From assembly GCA_010015585.1 (NCBI GenBank), contig ML975168.1: 64,000 nucleotides of DNA. One strand, 5' to 3'. The stretch comes from Eremomyces bilateralis CBS 781.70 (lineage: Eukaryota). This document shows positions 25,204 to 38,130 of this stretch, piece by piece (the first letter of the stretch is position 1; every line of letters begins with the position of its first letter). A program made the translations under genes and the position numbers. The notes below the pieces were generated by a model, which was given only the letters and a program-made list of their open reading frames with translations, was not told the origin of the DNA and made no database searches.

Positions 25204-26636
25204 GTGGACCAATAATCGTTCATTTCTCTCCGCTCTCTAGTAATTCATGCTGATCGACATCCTGATGCTCTAACTTCACACAATCCGATCCGCCAATATT
25301 ATTATGGTATTGTACCCCATAACCCTGGACATGGTTGCCTCCTTGACTCCTTTCGAGTAGTAGTAACGCCTTCTTCATGTTGCCTTCTCGGAGAAAATTT
25401 GCAGTCTTTCCTGTATGGAGCCGTTGGAGACAGAAGGCTGAAAGCCACAAAAGATTTTTCTCAACGAAAACCCTCAACTTAAGGGGAGCAGAGTTAAATA
25501 AGCCATAAAAAAAGCATAGGGGGCATAAGACCGAATATCATTTCAGCTGATGGAACTGTCTTTGCAACCACAGATGTGAAGACTCACGATCTCCTCAGGT
25601 TGATATGTGAGGTGGCTACAGTTGGTATCAGGTATGTACTGTCTGTCGCATTATAGTAAAGCCTCCATTGTGCTATGCCGAAGAGTCTATTAAGGAAGTG
25701 GAACCCTGAGAAGGTGCAACTGAAAATATTTGTCCGTTGCCGCCATCGCTCAATGTCCTTGGATAATGACCTGGCGATGGGATCTCGGGAGTCTCGGACT
25801 GCCTTCCCTTGCCTTATCGAACAGACGATCAGAACAAAAAGCAAGGTAGGCATCTCTGGGGTTCATCCCTCTCTGCTGACTGGCTATCATGTTGTGCAAC
25901 CACAATTGTACTAAGTACCTCACATGTAAACTCACAATGGCATGGCCTGCAGCTTCATTGGTTTCGCCAATAGCGACGCTCTGAGTGCAATTATTGTGTC
26001 GTGCTTTGGATACTTTGGCGCATCTTCTTCTATCTCATCTTTTCATGTCTTGCAAATGCATATGATAGATTCTGTAGCAAGTCTGTATGGGTTCGTCTGG
26101 GATGGTTCACGAAAAGTGTGAATACCTAAGAACGTTTTATAATTTTAGAGCCTCCTAGGAAATACATTGAATCGCATCAACCAAGTCTCAACTGATTCCA
26201 CAATACCGGCGCCTGTACAAACCCTAGATTTCGTCTTCAACGTGCTGAAATACATGATACGATCCGGATTTTCGAAACGTGAGATATTAAAAGAAACTTG
26301 GAATTTGGAACCTATGCTAGTCAGCAAAGATGACTTGGAGGGTAATATTGGTAGATGGAACCCTTTTTCTAAGGAGGGCAACGAAGATGTGTAGGAGTGG
26401 TTTTGAGGTGAATGAAAATCAACGGTTAAAGCCCTTCTTGCATGTTGTGTAGATCAAGTAACTCAATAGTTCTAGCGGTTGGAGAAATAGCAGTCAAAGC
26501 AGTGCACAAATTCATTGAGTCCAATTCCATGCTAAATGAGGGTATCCCACGCTATTTACACTATTTCGTCATGTCCTTTCCGGTGCTGCTACTGATCTGG
26601 TCCAGTACATAACGGCCTTGAAACCGAATCAACTTT

Positions 26637-28138
26637 TTATGCTGTCGGATTCTCTGGCTTCTGACCATAGACAACATACCTATACATAGTTAGTAGCTCG
26701 CCTATTCACGTCCACCACGCTGTTCATTACTCACAACGGCCAATATGCGTGAATTTCGGTATTCTTGATTTCATTTCGGACGTCCATCAGCAACACCTCC
26801 ACTTCATCCTCTCCCCACCCCAACACCCTGGTCAACAGCGCCAGAGCAAACCCCTGAATTCCCTGAAAGAGATTTTCCTTCGTCCATTTCCCGATTTCCT
26901 TTTCCTTCGGGTCGGTGGGCCAGGTATTGGTCGCCCATTTGTGCACATGCTTCTCCACGTTCACGAACCCACGCTTGCGCATCGCGGGCTCGTAATTCTT
27001 TGGGGAGTCGGCTGGTTGGCCGATCTTCTTGGATGCCTCGACTAGAAGGTTGAAACACCGAAGGAGCGCGGAGTCAGACAAGAGGGTGCCATCGTCGGAG
27101 ACGCAAGGGAGGCAGAGCTCTTGTAATTCAATCCAGCCACCAGGTTCGAGGTTGCTTAACCAAGTATCAGAACATAGCCGATCAAACTGCAAGATGGAAT
27201 GGAATCAAGGATGAGGAGAGCACGTACTCAAAAGCTTGATCTATCAGCTTCGTTTCCTCGATCGCACTGTGGTGTTGTCGAGCGAAGATGAAGTCGAATT
27301 TGTTCTTGAACAGCCATTGCTCATTCGCATCGTCTACTTCAAATTCGAGGTTCGGAGGAACACTGTGAGCACATCAGCAGGGCACAGGAACGCTCAAAAG
27401 GGTTCCGGCGTACAAGGAATCCTGAACGGGGCTTAGGTCAATCCCAAGGACTTTTGTTTCCGGATGTGCATCCGCTTCGAAAGATCAGCAAATATTCTCT
27501 GAATAGCCATATCATTTAATACCAAAATCCATCGCCCAAAGACCCGTTCCACATCCAACGTCCAGAACGTGGTGGATATCATTCTTGATAGGCGCATTGT
27601 GCAGCTTTCCGTCGAAGGTGAGGAGGAATATCATATGCTGGAGATCTAATCGATCTAGTTCCGTCTATTTATCTTCTAGTCAGCGGTTCAGGAGTCAATA
27701 TTTGCTTTAGATCGCAATTATACCGCATCATTGGGGAAATTATATTCTGTCGGCGATATCAGTATTTGATTTCCCAAGGAGGCCTTTGAACCATCACTTA
27801 CGCCCATCTTTATACGCATGATATGTTCTGCCATGCTCCTTTCGATACTGATACACGCTCGTTGGCACCGACGCCGTCGAGAGATTGCTTGGTCGCAATG
27901 TTAGACCTTGCTTCCGTCTTCCCTAAGAGGAAGAAGTACGGCAATGACGTACAGTGAACCTTCATCATATGCCGAATCGGTCTAGACGATCCCATATCAG
28001 CTGTGTAACCAAGATCGTAGCCTCTTTGGTGGTACAACTCACATCGCCGTGCTCCTCGTTCAGCGGGCTCCCGCTTGGGGATGTTTTGGGGCTAGCGCTA
28101 GGCGCCAGATCGTCAGCTGCTGGTTGGGTCGACGCCAT
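26637..28138 (-). CDS. LaeA/TAM-like class I SAM-dependent methyltransferase, many short exons
   Basis: YRKEHGRTYHAYKDG|QYNFPND, ELDRLDLQH, VLDVGCGTGLWAMDF, LEFEVDDAN, NLEPGGWIELQE and VYGQKP*. Confidence 0.9.
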
Positions 28139-28751
28139 TGTTTAGCTGCTTGAAAATTCGATGGGCAAAGGCAAAGCAAAGATCATGAATCCAACTCTCT
28201 TCTATATTCTTTCAATCGACAAGAACATAACTTAATGATAAGTACCGGTATCCCAAGCGAAGAAGGGATGGTGAGGGGGGTTGCATGTCCTTCGCCAATC
28301 GGCATGGCACACCATAATCGTCCGAGCCTGCATTTTCGGTTGGGAGATGACGTTCCATGCCCCTTGTGCCGCTCTCTGATCGTTCCGTGGGCGTCCACGC
28401 GAATTCTGGAGGCGGAGCAGGCGAGCATATTGCTTAACCCCGGGCCCAGCGGAATGGTTTCTATCCCAGGTAGGAATGGTTGGATACAGGGAGGGGGTTG
28501 TCGGAACAGTTGTGACTGGATGGTATGTTTGCATTAAATTGCACTGCCTAAAAAGGGCCAACTAGAACGACGAACACGAGGATGTGTGCCGATTGTCGCG
28601 CCAGACCGCCAGTGCTTATTGAAGGGGAAAGTCTAAGTTGTCAAGCTTGTTTGGAGGTTCGAAACACCTTGCGCGAGGTCCACGAATCTATCGTCTATTT
28701 TATCACGGCATTATCCTTCCAGAACCGTCTAGAGTAACTTGATATTCCCTA

Positions 28752-29951
28752 TCACGGTTTATTCCTGCTCCACTCTGAGCCATTCGTACGTGAAGGATAC
28801 CGGATTGCCCCAGGTGTCTTCGCGCATGTCGTCGCGAACGATCCAACGTCCGTAGGGACGTAATCCCCATATTGCGGCTTGCCAAAGACCTGCATTCTAT
28901 TAGCATCCCCCCCAGAGCGGATGGAAGAGGGCCAACTTACATGCGAGAAGTACCAAACCTCATTGAATACCGTACCTCCATTATCAGAACTCCCACGACC
29001 GGCTTTCGTGTCGTTATATTTCGGCCCTGAGCATCCGACGTACGGGACCGCACCATACTCCGACGCAAGCGCATCCCGGATCTCGGCGAACGAGTACGTC
29101 GTGCTGTTGGACGGTGTGATATCCCATCGAGCAAGCCATTCCCATGTCGGCTGCTTCTTGAAGTAGCGGATGGTAGATTCGAAAAAGTCGATGATGTCCT
29201 CATTCTCGCGGTATTGCGGCCCGTAGCACGCCACGTCGAACGTCGAGAAGCAGGTTGCGTGCTTGCTGAATTCGTGGGCCCAAAGCTCCCAGTTAGGAGT
29301 GCCTTGGGCAATCCAGAATCTAGGGGAATGTGTCAGAATTGTGGTTTGGGATAGGGATGCATGCTGCGTAAAAGAAGAGGATGGACTACTTGTTCATGTA
29401 TTCCAGCAGATCCCGTTTTCCAAACGCTTCGAAGACGGGGCTGATATCGGGGCCACCGTACGCGGGGACCACGGTGCCTATTCCTGGTCAGCCTCCTCAG
29501 TCATGCCGCGCAAGGAGACTTTACATACCATTCGGCAAGCTGTTCGTCGTATTCGGGGACGGATCGGGATCAAACTGGCGGCTCAGGTCGCAGTACTGCG
29601 TGTATGAACCATTGCAGAAGTCCGGCCAGAGACCATGGATCGTCCAAGATCGTTCAGGAAGCAGCTGTCCCTTCGATTCCAGACCCGTATATGTGTCCCA
29701 GAATTGCGTGCCCATCACCAACCCTCCAAAGGTCTCGACACAGCAACTATCGACAAGCCCAGGGTTGGCGTTGGTTGAACATGAAAGGTAGGGCGTCTCT
29801 GGGATTTCGATTTAGCTCTGAAACCTATCCTTCAGTTCAGATCATACGTACGGATCGAGCACGTATGGTTTGCGCTCGTGGTATTCTCATACAGAGCGGC
29901 ATTTGCGACCTCAGCGATGCTGGCTCCGATTGCAAGATATACGAACTTCAT
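28752..29951 (-). CDS. Secreted ribonuclease T2
   Basis: Signal peptide MKFVYLAIGASIAEVANA; CAS-I WTIHGLWPDFCNG; CAS-II LWAHEFSKHATC. Three introns. Confidence 0.92.
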
Positions 29952-30533
29952 CTTGACTTTTATTGACCTCCAATTGCCACAATCCCAGCCTGTTCCAGCA
30001 CTTTCGAAGCCCAGGTAATCGCTTGCCATCCTCTCTCCATGTTGGAGCCGGATAAGTACCCGATTTTAAACAACTCAGCGTGTCTACGCGATTCGAAGAC
30101 CCGGTACGAGGTTATCCATCATCTTACTGCTCTTTCTGAGTTCTACATCCCGTCCTATCCTATCAGATAGTGGCTTTGGGCAGCGTGTTGTTTATTCCAT
30201 CTTTGGCAGGTGTAGTTTGGCAACTAGACGCGTTGGAGATTTGATCCGTAGATCTTCGGTGATTAAGAGCTTAGTGCTTCCTTAGTGCCGGGAGATTATG
30301 CACATGCTAGTATTATTGGTCGACGATGATTAGCATTGGCTTGACGTTCGGCGAGTACCGATAGGATCAAGCGTCCAGATCTAAACTTTGTAAAATTGAC
30401 TAAATTGTATAACCATGAATGGCACGTTTCTTCAGTGCTGGGGAAGTGGGGGGATTGCTTGACGCCCAGGCCGATTCGTAAGGCGGCAGGCCAGTCACTA
30501 GAGTCACCATATCTTGGATAATTATTCTAATAA

Positions 30534-31334
30534 CTAACTGTTCCGTACCCTGTCCACCTTCCTCTTCTCCACAATCAACTGATTGCCATGTTCAAGTTGG
30601 ATATATCCATCGGTCTTCCTTGTGAAGAAATCTCGCTTCTTCAACCGGTACGCCTTCATCAATTCCGGACCCAACATCGGATAGATGAAGATCATGAGAC
30701 CTGCTAAATCATTCTGTGTCGATATAAACGGTTGAAAAGAAAACGAGGCGTTGGTGATCTGCGTCGTCATGAGATGCTCGGCGATGTTGTAGAGCTCGCA
30801 GAAATAGACAATTTGATTGCTCCGCTGAACGTTCGAGCCACGAGTGATCTGTCCCTCCACAGTGTCGAAGATGTTCCATTAAATCACGCCGGCTGTCGCC
30901 ATGGGCGGTTGTGAAAGGAGCATCTTCCTCCACGACGCTTCTGGGCGGGCAAATCCATCCTGACAACGGTTCAAGGTTGGGAAGCTTGCGAGATGATTGA
31001 CCTTCCGCCCACGCTCGATGAAATTTAGCTCCTCCTCGCTGGGATGGGACTTGTGTTCGACAAACCACGGCGAGAATTTGACGAGTAGAAGCGGGTTGAC
31101 GGTGGGAGTCTCTGCTCCTTCTGCAGGCGCGCACTTCGGTGCAAAGTAGAGATCCCGTTGAAGGCTTATCGAGTTGCTGATCGTATGTCTCCAGTCGCGG
31201 CATACCCTATGCGAATGGAGGAGGTCATGCATAGGCAGATATCCAAGAACCTTTTCCAAATTCTTCCGTTTCGCCTCCATTTGCCCAGTCTCCATGGCAT
31301 CTGGAGTGATTCCGGGTTGGAGTACTTCCTCCAT
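30534..31334 (-). pseudogene. F-box domain protein interrupted by one in-frame TAA
   Basis: F-box LEKVLGYLPMHDLLHSHRVCRDWRHTISNSISLQRDLYF, then NPLL and EASWRKMLLSQPP. TAA at 30879-30881 is followed by ~114 more in-frame codons ending at 30534. Confidence 0.75.
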
Positions 31335-31907
31335 TTCGTCGCCATCAATCCTTAGTTCGGTGTCTAGCTTCACTACGGTTAGAATGTGGTGGAATTGCAC
31401 TTGCTGCTGGAATATAGAAAGGTTCATATCGTCGTGGCCTATCATGCTCGCTGCCATCAAGAAGGGTAGGTAAATCGTCCCCGTTGGCACTTTGAAGTGA
31501 GGGAGTTCAAGGAGGAATAGATCATAGGCAGGTATCAGGCTGTTGCCTCCCTGCCTGATTCAATAAGGTCAATATATGTGAGAGATAAGATTAGATTCGG
31601 CATTGCCTTGACCGTACCCATTTTCACATGAACATATGGGAGGTAAGTTTTATTACCACGGAAGTAGCATATGAAAGATGAGGAGCCATGCAAGGTACGC
31701 TGGTAGATGAAATGAAAGCAAGACGAATATTGAAGCTGGCGAAACGGAGCCTTGAATGAATGATAAACTGTCACTCTGAGGAGACACAGATCATCGAATA
31801 CCTTCCCGGAGGCTCTAGTCTAATTTTACTTCGACCTCCTCCAGACTTCAGTTTCGCTCCAACTGATTCGACCCGATTGACTCCAGCTTTCCGTGTGCTT
31901 CAGGGGC

Positions 31908-32468
31908 TCATCGCCCCAACCACTTCCTGAAGAATATCGCACCCTCGATCGGATTCTCGTAATAGGCATCTCGTTCAATGAAGCTTTCGCTCCGGTATAG
32001 GGTGATCGCCCCCTTCATGGATGGCAAGGTATCCAACACCATCTCTCTATATCCCTTCTCTTCCGCTCTTCTAACAGCTTCGCGTATCAAGACCCGCCCG
32101 ATTCCCATGCCACGAGCACTCGGAAGCACATACAAGCGCTTCATCTCGCAAATGGCCTCACCTACGCTTGGCAGCGGACGCATGGCAATTACTCCCTGAG
32201 CTCCCCCCGTCGTGGCAGGCTTGGCCAGGAGAAGACATCCACTTGGAGGCGCATATTTCCCGGGCAGGGTGGCAAGTTCGGTCTTGAAGTCTTGAAAGTA
32301 GAGATCAAGGTTCAGCCAATCGGTATAGGCGATGAATAACTCATAGGTAGTTGCAAGGTCTTGAGATGTTACGGCCTGGTAAATGGTGAAAGCTGGGTCC
32401 CACGCTCCGTCTGTGTTGGTTGGCCTTGTCGAAGGCGAAGTCTCAACGTCTGGACTTGGGACAGGCAT
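31908..32468 (-). CDS. GNAT family acetyltransferase
   Basis: ELATLPGKYAPPSGCLLLA, CEMKRLYVLPSARGMGIGR (acetyl-CoA motif A) and LDTLPSMKGAITLY. Confidence 0.9.
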   Translation of the reverse strand: MPVPSPDVETSPSTRPTNTDGAWDPAFTIYQAVTSQDLATTYELFIAYTDWLNLDLYFQDFKTELATLPGKYAPPSGCLLLAKPATTGGAQGVIAMRPLPSVGEAICEMKRLYVLPSARGMGIGRVLIREAVRRAEEKGYREMVLDTLPSMKGAITLYRSESFIERDAYYENPIEGAIFFRKWLGR

Positions 32469-33376
32469 AATGGCCAGGCAATGGAAATCTTATAGGCCTG
32501 AAATTGAGACACAACGATTTTGAAAGATGGTTGGAAACGACGAACAAAGAGAAAACGGCCTCTGGATTGATATTGTAGAGGAAGCTAGACTCTGCTTACG
32601 AACCGCTTCATCCCAACCAAAGGTCAACCACTTACGCTCGTCCGCGGCCTTTTGCCGAAATGAATATTTTGTCGTACTCCGACTGCGACTAGACTAAATT
32701 GTACGATGTCCGAGCTGCACTCAGCATACTGTCACTTAAAAGTTGGTGCTTGGAATCATAATTGGAAGTCTTCAGGCGGCGCTGGTTGGGGGCGGATACC
32801 ATACCCATAACTTATGGATACTATAACTAAGGCAACAATCTATCAATCTATCAATCTATTGCATCTGTGTCCTGCTGTATGCCTTGCAAAGGCGACAAGA
32901 TTTCAACCCGCACATCAGATCCCTCGACATTCATTATTGAATCATTCACGCCTCATTGACAGCAAGCGCCTACTCATTTATGTTTCCAGTACCGGACGTT
33001 TGATGAACTGCAGTACTGATACGTGCTTCTTCCATAATGATGTCCCGTCAGCTGGTTCTGTTCACATGGCTACGCTGCCGCCGTCACGGGACCTAGCAAC
33101 CGCTCCTAGATTGATCCCACTATCCCATAAGCCTCTTCATCGCAGCTGAGTTTGCTGTTCTCCAAGAGGCGGCGTGCTTGGTTCCTATGTAGGTATGTAC
33201 TGCCTTCCACGTAGCTACGCGCGTGCCAATTTGCTGCCCTCATTTGAGAAAGAGGAGCCCTACATAGTACATCTTTTCAACCATGACAAAAGAGGAATTC
33301 ATCAGCAAAACCCCTGGATTTTCCAAGAGCCTTCGAATAGTGAGAGTGGATGGATTTAAAACTGGCCTTAAAAAGC

Positions 33377-34194
33377 CTAGTTTCTGAGGTGGGTGTTGAT
33401 ATCGATGCCCGGCCTATTGAGAGAATCGGCTATGGCATTCCTATTGCTTTCTTCCGGAGGAAGCAAAACGCTTGGGAGGAGAGGGTGCACATCCCCTTCA
33501 TTGATGTCAGTGACTAACTGTGTTTTCGTAGACCTGGTCGACTCACCGTTCTGGTTCTTGTAGCAGTCTTCAAACCCACACACGGCATCTCTTGGCACTC
33601 GATGGAGCGCAAAGTAAGGGTCAAAGTGCATCTGCAACTCGAGCTGCCGCGGGTAGCTTTCCCATCCTCCGATAAAGTCGCCGAGACGGAAAATGATCCG
33701 ATTCCAAAGCTTCCTCGAATCCAGAGTTATGAGGTAGAAGACCGAGTCCTCTGGCAGGGTCAACGAAACCCAGCTAAGTGCCAGCAACCGATTGGGGAAA
33801 AGAGCCACATAAGGACTGTCGATGCTGAGCGTGGGATTTGCAGCATTTGCAAGCGTCCCTCGAAGCCATGCCAAATCGAATTTAAAGTCGCTCTTCCGGT
33901 TGTTGGCGATGAGCCCGGCGTTGGGGTCGTACTCGGTGATGGATGTAACCTGTTGAATGCGGAAGAAGTATCGGGGGAGATCGTGCGGCCTGACATAGTA
34001 ATGGTCGACCACTGTGGGCTGCTTCCTCACACCAGGACTGGATGATGGGTTGATGATCTCGCCTTCCTCGGGAGCATCTTCTTGGTCGGCCTGATGACAA
34101 ACCCGCGATTAGTCGGAACTTCTATGGCCTCTAAGAGGTCTTTGGAACTCACATTGTAGCTCAATACACTTCTTAGTGATGGTAAGGTTGTCAT
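33377..34194 (-). CDS. Hypothetical protein, fungal 'PRYLFR...SPFIS' family (possible ADP-ribosyltransferase-like fold)
   Basis: Exon 1 MTTLPSLRSVLSYN (ATG 34194), GT-AG intron, then ...LPRYFFRIQ...DSPYVALF...YLITLD...YFALHRVPRDAV. Confidence 0.55.
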
Positions 34195-34473
34195 TATCTT
34201 GATGGCGGTAATACCGCTTAGTCGTGTTTGCTAATATCTTGTTAAACTGGGAGTTTCAAGCGGAAAGTGATATTTGAGTTCAATGCAGTCGAATCCATAT
34301 TCACCACTATCAACAAGTTCACATTCAGTTGCGGACCTAACATGTTGATCACTTCACTTTCTACAAGATGATTTCACATTTTCTACTTCAAACAGCAGTC
34401 ACCGATCAATTTTTACATCAACAGATTTCTCAGTTGCATCTTCCATACAAGTTTCGTAGAATTCAAGCAATAT

Positions 34474-36061
34474 TTACTCAACAGCAAAGACAGTGATGGA
34501 CAAGGCCATGCCCTCTGCTCCTTCTCCATGAGCATGGTCGTCGCCGTCGGAAGAAGGTCGTCTATTGTCCACATCAGTTCAGGTCATCCAAGTTGGTACA
34601 TAATATGGATATATTTCCACTTACAGTCGATGCTGCGTCAAGTCATATTTTGCCTTGATATGTACCTGATCTCCCTTGACGATGCGGATGCCTTCGGGGC
34701 ATTTTTCGTATCCCACGATCGTCTCCCATGGTTCCTCGCCGACTGCTTGTGCTCCACCACCATAAATAGCTTTGGAGTTACAGACTTCCTTCTCGTTGAC
34801 GTACACTTGGAAATCGATACCACCGTCATGGAGATGAGGGCCTTTGGAATACGTTAGTGGATATTGGATGCTATTATTTCCTGTCGCACTTACTCAAATT
34901 CATGAGATATCCGTTTGCGATAACATCATATTTGTTCGACTCATAAATGACCGGCCCATCTGCTGGCGGAACTGGAGAACGTCAGTGGCTGCTTGGGGGA
35001 GCAAAACATATTGCCAAGACTCTAGGTCAAAAAGAGAGGCATACAAATTGACAGCCCGGCAAACTTGCAACCTTCCATGTTGATTGCATTCTGCACAACA
35101 TCGAGATATCCCTCAGGTCGGCCACCTGAGAGATATTCATATTCCAGCTTGATATACGTCTCCTTCTCAGCGGGATCATAGTTGATGAGCTCCGCCATCA
35201 TGATAATGGGATCACCAGCGCCGATGTAGAAGCCAGCATTGACATCATCGCCCTTGACGTCGTATACATGCGGCGTTGCGTCATGGCCGATTCCGACCAA
35301 AAGCGAGATACCCGGGAATGCCATTTGTCGCCGGTCAAGCGGAAGCGAAGAACTTCTTCGGACTTTATGACCATGGGAATGGCTATCGCCTGTCGAGATT
35401 CCGGGCGAGGTATCTTCAATCCCTCCCGTTTCTTGGATCGGGGCCACAACGCCTCCTCCTGGCCGGGTCATGGTCATACCTGCTGTGCCGTTAGTGCAGA
35501 CAGGCTTTAACGGTGACTTGACCGAAGGTCTTCCCGAGTCAATGAACAGAATGTGATGGGTATAGAGGCCATCTCCCAACCCCATTCGCTTTCCGTCCTT
35601 GAATGTTGTCTCGGACGATGCTTCGAGGACCATGCAATCCGCACATAGCCCTCCCATTCGGCCGGTCACAATGTCGCTGTTGGGGTCCATCTTGAATCCA
35701 CCGCCAACATGTGTGCCCTAGCAGACGAATAAGCATCCGATAGAAAATTCGGAGATTTGGACCGTACATTTGATGGCTGAAGCTTGTACGGGCCCCAGAC
35801 GAGCGCTTCACGCGTAGCCTTGGGGTTGATTTTAGGCTCGAGTTTCGTCACCGAGATTGGCAACTTGGCCTCTCCTGAGCCAAAAAAGCCGGAAAAGGGT
35901 GATCCTGCACCACCGCCCACTTGGCGCTCGACTACTTTCTTTCAGTGTACCATTTTCAGTGGAAGTAAGGTTCGCTTACTGAGAACATGATTGCGTTCCC
36001 CATCTGCCAGTGGAGCGGCCGCAGCAAGGAGAGGGAGAGTGAGACCTACGGACCACTTCAT
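34474..36061 (-). CDS. Secreted protein with HH / HLHDGG / terminal Met motifs (PHM/PNGase-F-like), 6 exons
   Basis: Signal peptide MKWSVGLTLPLLAAA; WGPYKL; CADCMVL; LYTHHILF; MAELINY; SPHLHDGG; VCNSKAIYG; AEGMALSITVFAVE*. All five splice junctions are canonical and frame-preserving. Confidence 0.75.
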
Positions 36062-36640
36062 ACTGATGATCGAAAGTAATAGTTCGACTTGAATATCTAC
36101 TTCTTCTCAGGATTGAAGGTCTCTATTTTATATGTCAGTGTCGCGGACCATGTTGGGATATATAAAAAATCTAGCAATAGTATATCACATTGTTAGCAGG
36201 CCCTATATACACTAACTAATCAGGGCGGCCAGCTTGGAATCAATCGATGTCCCATATATTTGACGCTTCGTTCTTACTTCGGATTGAATTTTGGGAGCCT
36301 CGACACAGTCGACCTAGATTGTTTCATCTAGTTACAATGAGTTGAGCAGTATATATTTAATCTGAACAAGAAAGGTTTACATCGACTGAAAGCCTATAGA
36401 GCTCTCAGACCTCCGCGGCCTTGACGGATGATCGGAAGATTAGAGCATCCGGATCAGTTGAGGCGCACGTTCATATCAGTATGGGGTAAACCCAATATGA
36501 ACGTCTTCGATCAAAGAAATAGTTAATCTGGCGTCAATGTGTGGGGAAGGCATATGCCCTAAAGGTGACTGGGGGCTCAGTCCTGGTACAGTAGAGCTAT
36601 TGTAATTACATAGTGGACGTTCAGCTAATTGATGTTATTA

Positions 36641-37405
36641 ATAATAATAATAATAATAATAAGAATCAATTTAACGTACTATCTGGATCCCTTTCGGGTC
36701 TATGAGCACGGCATTCTATCTGGTCTATCGTGGGCAAAAGTTTCCCCGTAGCCATGAGGCTGCGGGTACGAAAAATCCCGCCTCCTCCCTTTAGTAGAGT
36801 ATCTCAATCCTTTTTATCTTTCCGCACGAGTCGGTGTTTCCGCCTACGCGGAGAGCTTATTCTGGCACGTCGTGGAGGAGCTGGAACGGTTTCCAGTCCT
36901 CTATTACCTCCCTCTCAACTTCCTTGGCTACCCGGTATTGCTCTAGGCCTCCCGCATCGATTAGCCACCTTGCTGCGTGGCGCACCTTGTCCCTATCATG
37001 CAATATCCTCTTAAAGTCCGTTGTTCCAGCTCGTTGGGTGAGCGTAATCCTCTGGTCGGTCCGCTGCGGGCAAAACGCAAGGAGATGGTGGAGAGACTGT
37101 CGGGGGGCACCGCACTCACACGCTGGGTGGATTCCAGGGACACCAATTCTCGCGAGCCATCCCTTAACTCCAACTATCTCAGTCCGGAGTGCCATAAGCG
37201 CCGAGGCCTCGTGTTTCTGAAGGCCATCGAACCGGTTAAGGCACTGGGTTTCCCACGGGTCTTTCCATGTCCTTGCTCTCCTTCCTGGTCTAGCCGCTTC
37301 GGCTTGCCACATTTCCCTCCATTTCGCCCGATACTCATCCTGGATCATCCGGTATGGGCCTTTTCGCTGTTGTGTCTGATATCCCCTAGCTGGTTCGGGC
37401 CCGGA
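36641..37405 (-). mobile_element. 5'-truncated non-LTR retrotransposon (Tad1/I-like LINE 3' end)
   Basis: Perfect 15-bp TSD TAATTGATGTTATTA at 36626-36640 and 37406-37420. (AAT)7 tail at 36641-36662. Minus-strand ORF 36857-37348 carries the LINE ORF2 C-terminal zinc knuckle CECG...HHLLAFCP. Confidence 0.88.
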
Positions 37406-38130
37406 TAATTGATGTTATTAGACAAGCATTCCCGTGTATAAGCTGTGAGTAAATAATGCAGCAGCATCCCGTAACATAGGGTTCTTGGCTAATATATATC
37501 TAAGTTAGACTCGTTCGCTTCTTTAGCTATGCTTCCATTGCTTGTTTCATCAAAGAATCCCTGCTGGCATGGCGATTGGATTCTGGTTTGGGGATTAATT
37601 TATCTGATCATCACAGTTGATGATGAATCTAATCAAGGCTACAATTAAAGATCAAGCTAATCGCTGAATAGGAGGAGGTACTATAGCAATTGGATGGCAA
37701 ATCGAACAAACAAACGTCGGGTATCAATTCCTCCGGGTGGATTAAAAGTCTGCTAATTCGACATATGGACTCATAAATTTGGATAATGCGTCTCCCGCAA
37801 ATAAACTTTGGCAAAATTCATGAGACAGTGTCAACAGCCAAAATCTGATGAGTGCATTGGGTGCAACAGTGTAGAACACAGCGATTTATATACCGGTACG
37901 TTGAAACTCAGTATGCTCCGACATATTACCACCTTGTCTTCCAAGTTCAGCAGTTGGCCTCAGTACGGGCACTGCTCAGTGCTTTCACTATAATTCATAT
38001 CTAGTTAGAGAAATAAAAGTACGTTGGCTTGTTCAGGGGGCCGGCGTAGCACATGGGAATATGTACATCCGAAGCATTACTTCTATACCATGAAATGATC
38101 GAAACGGAAACCCTCCTGCGTTACGGGGTA

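Noticed and set aside
25220..26400. Short ORFs upstream of kinase-HET, possible pseudogene
   Set aside because: I could not assemble a consistent frame or identify any motif.
8861..32468. Secondary-metabolite cluster (oxidase, methyltransferase, GNAT)
   Set aside because: No PKS, NRPS or terpene synthase backbone gene, and the tailoring-type genes are scattered among unrelated genes.
32838..32860. (AATCTATC)x~3 short tandem repeat
   Set aside because: Ordinary microsatellite-scale slippage.
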